Made by a program: the position numbers and the translations under genes. The notes under the pieces are model-generated. The model was not told where the DNA came from. It did no database searches and saw nothing but the letters and a program-made list of their open reading frames with translations. Source: the human T2T-CHM13v2.0 reference genome, Homo sapiens. From it: 64,000 nucleotides of DNA. Positions 59,333-64,000 of this stretch are shown here, piece by piece; position 1 is the stretch's first letter, and every line of letters starts with the position of its first letter. The stretch lies in assembly GCF_009914755.1 (NCBI RefSeq), contig NC_060933.1; one strand, 5' to 3'.

Positions 59333-60649
59333 TTTCTACCAGTTCAAAGAGTATCAATTGATTTTGAAACACCTCTAACATGGGAAAATAATCAATGTCT
59401 TTAAAAATATGTAAAAAAAAAAAGAAAGAATAAAAATTTTAAAAATTTTAAAAAACTTTAAGAACATTCCTGCATTTCACTTCAATCCTCCATTCAAATT
59501 CAAAGCAGGAGAAGGACATTTCCTCTGCCTTTAGTACTTCTAATTTCTACATTATGATAGAAGCCCCAATCTTTGTGTCCCATGCAAAATAAGGGTAAAA
59601 AAGGCATGATGTGCATGATTACATATCAATTATTCTTTATGATCTAGATAATCAAATACCATCTGGCAATTTGGAAAAAATTCAACCACAGTATCAAAAG
59701 TTGAATGCCAGAGTCAAATAAACTCTTACCCACTCATCAGTGTGCTCAGTCCCTCTGAGGTATTCCACTTAACCTGTGAAATGCCAGATTTGAAAAAGGA
59801 AGTAAAGTTGACTTTGAGTCACTGACCTAGTAGAAAATCATTTTCACCCATGTGTTAAATTTTGTCCTTGTGAGGACTAAAAACACTCAAAGGCAGGGAC
59901 CCAGTTTCACAAGTAAAACAAAGAAATGATAATATGAGTTAAATGCAAATGACAACTGAATTCATTGTGATAACTGCCTGCTGCTGTTAATTAAAATGAT
60001 GCTCAAAATTGTAAAAAGAACCACCTTAATGGCAACTGATAATAAAAATGGAGTCCCAGGAAATCTAAGGACATGTCTTAAGCCATCTGGCTACATCTCA
60101 TGTTTTCTTTTTAAAAATTTATGCAAACTTTCCCTCAATTTCGTATGTGTATCTGCTGTTTTATTATCAAAGTAATGTTTTAAATTATTTACCAACAGGA
60201 CAAAAAAATGGCTTACTTGTTTTGGTTAATGTAATAAAAACATTGCATGCAGTCTTTTCAATTTCTGGAAATTGTGCTGAATTGAAGAAAGCTGACACTC
60301 TACATCAGATTTAACATGCAGACAAGTTACCTGTTTTTACATCATTACATATTTTGAGAACTCAGATGCATGCAAATATGTGGGTTTAAATAACATCATT
60401 TTAAACACTGTTTACAAGCCAAAGCAGAGTAATTACTAAAGAAACATGTGCAAAATTGCTGCTATAGAAATGTAAAATGAGAAAATGCTTTTATGTTACT
60501 GTTAATGGAAATACCCGTGTTTGTCTTACCTTCTTTAGAGGTCAAATTGCTTGTGTCATATGATGAGCTAAAAGGATCTCTGATCCACTTTTGTCTGTGT
60601 TTTTGTAACACTATTTGAACTACAAGGGAAATATAAAAACACACACACA

Positions 60650-62579
60650 CGGACTTCAAAAAGTTTATGGACAGAGCTAATTAAAAGATAAAAATAGAAA
60701 ATATAAATTTTATTTCTCAACATAAGCTCTATCAAGTTCAAGACACTTTTGTAAGTGATAATACTAGCTATTTAGTCCATCCTTAAAAAACTGAGGGTCC
60801 TGGGAAATTAACCATGCCAATGCAGTCTTTTCTACATTATTAACAGATAAAAAATGGGTGCCCTTTACAGATTTTTTTAAGATTATGAAACAAAAAGAAG
60901 TCAGAAGAAGCCAAATCAGCACTGTGAGGTAGATGCCTAATGATTTCCCACTGAAATTCCCATAAAATCACCTTTGTTGCAGGAGCATTGTCATGGTGGA
61001 GAAAACCTCTCTGGTGAAGCTTTCCCAGGCATTTTTCTGCTGAAGTTTTAGCTAACTTTCTTAAAACACTCTCATAATAAGCAGATATTATTGTTCTGTG
61101 GCCTTCAAGAAAGCCAACAAGCAAGATGCCTTGAACATCCCCATAAATTGTTGCTATGACCTTTGCTGTTGATTGGTCTGTTTTTTTCTCGGACTGAATC
61201 ACTTCTACCTCTTGGTAGCCATTGCTTTGATGGTGATTTGTGTTCAAGATCTTACTGGTAAAGTCATGTGTCATCTCTTGGTACAATATTTTGAAAAAAA
61301 GCTTTAAGATCTTGATCCTATTTGTTTAAAATTTCCTTTGAAAGCTCTACTTTTGTCTGTAGCTTGTCTGGGTGCAATGGTTTTGGTACCCATTGAGTGA
61401 AAAGTTTGCTCAACTTTAATTTTTCCGTCAAAATTGTGTAGTTAGACCAATAGATTTATATAGTCAGGATTTCGTCATGTAATTTATTAACTATTACAGA
61501 AACGCAAATAAGAATATCAAGTATTTCTCTGGCTCTTGACAGAAAAAAATCAGTTGACTTAACCCTTTGCTGTCAAAAGAGTTGGCGTTTCCTGTTCTGG
61601 GTGCTACTGCCAAACGTTCTGGTATTTGGAGTCGCGATGCACAACTTCAACCACCTACTTATCACTGCAGCCGCCTGTGTATTGCAATTGGCCGTTACCT
61701 TAAGCACTGAGCCACCCAGGTTTAGTTCAGCCATTTCAAGCAGTATATTTAACATCGGTAGTTCTGCTTTACTAAAATGCAACAGAGGTACTCTTCTGTC
61801 CCTTCCGTTTATACTTCTCTGAGAGAGTTCTATTTTTTGGTTTTGCTTTGTGTTTTCTTTTGCATTTTATATCTTGTATTTATCCCTGAACATGTCTTGT
61901 ACTTTTTCTTTTAAGAAAAGGAATTCTTTTGTGTATATATAGATACTTGCATGATACACTGTAGTCAACGTTCTGTTCCTCAAAAGGTCTTGCTGCTGTC
62001 AGGTGTTACGCAGTCCATCCATCATAACTGTATGAAACACATTTCATATGTAAATAAACGTGGGACATTTGGCCCTTGTGAAAAAAAAAATTGTGAACCA
62101 GTAGTTATGTTTATGGTGTTGGCTATTGTTTCTGCTGTTAGTCTTTGGTCCTCTTCAATTAGGGCATGAACCGGATACAGTTTTTTTTTTCTTGCAAATT
62201 GTTGTGGATGGTCTGCCCTTAAGGGCTTAATCTTCAACATTGTCTCCTCCTTTCTTAAAATGAGTTATCCATTTGGAAATTGCTGATTTCTTTGGGGCAT
62301 TGTTCTCATAAATGTTTTGTAAAGAATCAGTGATTTCACCATTCTTCCAACCAAACTTCACCTAAGTTTGGTGTTTGTTCTTGCTTTGATTTTAGCAGAA
62401 TTCATGTTGCTCTGATGAGGGCTGTTTTCAAACTTGTGTCTCAGCCTTCTTAGTGCCTCAAAATGGGTCCTGTTTAGACATAACAAGTTATGACAACTTT
62501 ATTTTGATCCAAAACATTGAAAACTATGGACACTTTTGTTATAATACACATTTTCCATGAACTTTCTGACAACCTCCCG
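60650..62579 (-). mobile_element. Hsmar2 mariner transposon with decayed transposase, interrupted by a retrocopy
   Basis: Inverted termini (cttcaaaaagtttatgga / tccatgaactttctga); ORF 60840-61286 has mariner motifs HHDNAPA and PHSADLASSDFFLF; ORF 62022-62240 has an HTH-like segment (LIEEDQRLTAETIA). Confidence 0.88.
61439..62090 (+). pseudogene. Processed, 5'-truncated mRNA retrocopy consisting only of a 3' UTR
   Basis: About 650 bp of non-mariner sequence; AATAAA at 62053-62058; A10 at 62081-62090; TSD aaaattgtg at 61430-61438 and 62087-62095. Confidence 0.85.
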
Positions 62580-62606
62580 TGTGTGTGTGTGTGTGTGTGT
62601 GTGTGT
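62579..62606. repeat. (GT)n microsatellite
   Basis: Directly visible. Confidence 0.95.
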
Positions 62607-62986
62607 ACAAAAAACCTTAGTGATCTACAAAAGAACACAAATGAGGTTCGTTTGTGTTTACTGTAATGAATAAAATGTTTACTGTCTTGAGGAGAAAAAA
62701 CTGAGAATAAATGTGATTGATGATTATGCCCTTTGTATTTCCACCAGTGTCATAAATTTCAACCCTGGGTAATGGGTTGAATTTCGGATGATTAACAGTC
62801 ACTAAGAACAAATCTCTCTAATTCTAAAATTTCATTTTTAGTTTGTAGAATAGTGTCTGGCACGTAATAGGTCTCAATAAATGTTTTAAATATGTCAATA
62901 ATAGAAATTCTAATATGTGCAATAAAATATGCAAAGTTTATGCTTTAAATAAGTTCCTGTTTTTGGCCTCAAATTATATCTACAAA

Positions 62987-63339
62987 TGTTAAAGAAAAAA
63001 ACAGGCCAGACAATAGTTAAAGCAGTAAAAGCAGATTTTTTTTCAGTACTATTGCAATAAGGGAAAAAAATACCTCAGCATAGAACTGAGCTTGATTTGT
63101 AATAGAACAAAGAAAAGTGGGGATTTAAAGCCCATGAGTAGAATGGGGGTCAGTGGATGAAAAATTATTAAGAGGAAATATCAAGAGTAAGGGGTGATTT
63201 TGACTGCATTTACTTGACAGGATTCTTGCTGAAGTTGGGGATTGCAAAAATGAACACAGAAGCCCAGAGGTCAAGACCTAGTTGGAAGAAGGTTCAAAAG
63301 AGCCTGAATAATGTTTGATCAAGCATGGAGTCTTTGTCA
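62987..63339 (-). mobile_element. MER31/MER67-type solo LTR
   Basis: Same termini (tgttaaagaaaaaa...gagtctttgtca) and core (ggtcagtggatg.aaaatta.taagaggaaa) as the LTRs at 16.5 and 21.7 kb. Confidence 0.75.
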
Positions 63340-63824
63340 CTAAATAAACCAACATTGGGAACAATGTATTGCTGTAATGATGTATTGACTCTACCTTGGT
63401 TTATACCAACTGTGATGCATTTCATTTGTCCTGGATGGACAGTAACAATTCATTCATGTGTTCAAGGCTTTCATTTCTACCTTCAGCCAGCCATAACATT
63501 TACATGGATTTGGCACAAGCTTGCAATATCTTTCCAATCCCATTACACTGTGGCCTAAATAGATGTCTGTTCACAATTTATTCATCTCATTAATCATACT
63601 TTAAAAGAAAGAGCAAATTCTTTGTGTGATGAATAATCGGAATTGAGCTAGCATTCGTACGATTGGGCTTGTCAAGGGTAGGGGCTATCTATGCACACCT
63701 TTTCTATCTTATTATTCATAACATAATATTTTGCACCCTACCCCTCTAAAAAACACATGCTTATTAATTATTTGTTTATCATTAAGCTCTTTGGAAATTA
63801 CGACAGAGAATTATCTTAACATGA

Positions 63825-64000
63825 CTATCATGAACTACATGTTTGTGCTCCCTCCTTCAAATTCATATGTCAAAGCCCTAATCCCCATTGTGATGGTATT
63901 TGGAGATGGAGCCTTTAGGAAGTAATTAGGTTAGAAGGGTGGAGCCCTTATAATGGGATTCATTACCTTATAACATAAGAACATGTGACATTTTGCTTTT
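63825..64000 (+). mobile_element. MLT1A/MST-type MaLR LTR, cut by the window end
   Basis: aaattcatatgtcaaagccctaatccccattgtgatggtatttggagatggagccttt. Confidence 0.75.

Noticed and set aside
60840-61286. Domesticated transposase (SETMAR-like)
   Set aside because: Reading frame broken, YSPDL motif degenerate, element interrupted by a retrocopy, no SET domain.

Overview
AT-rich primate (almost certainly human) non-coding DNA, intergenic or deep intronic, made mostly of transposable-element remnants. I see no credible host protein-coding exon, RNA gene or CRISPR array. The long ORFs are LINE-1 ORF2, MaLR internal or mariner transposase remnants. The window holds LINE-1s of several ages: a human-specific L1HS-Ta copy with a 33-bp 3' transduction, two twin-primed (5'-inverted) L1PA copies and older L1PB/L1M pieces. 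It also holds Alus (one very young AluYe-type), a two-LTR MER31-type ERV1 provirus, two-LTR MLT1 and THE1 MaLR elements, many solo LTRs, MIR/L2 relics, a MADE1 MITE and an Hsmar2 mariner interrupted by a retrocopied mRNA 3' UTR. Two small non-TE structures made of nested inverted repeats look like template-switch scars. I find no new biological system in the sense of a new gene cluster; the interest lies in the mechanistic footprints. Subfamily names come from my recollection of consensus sequences and were not checked by any search.
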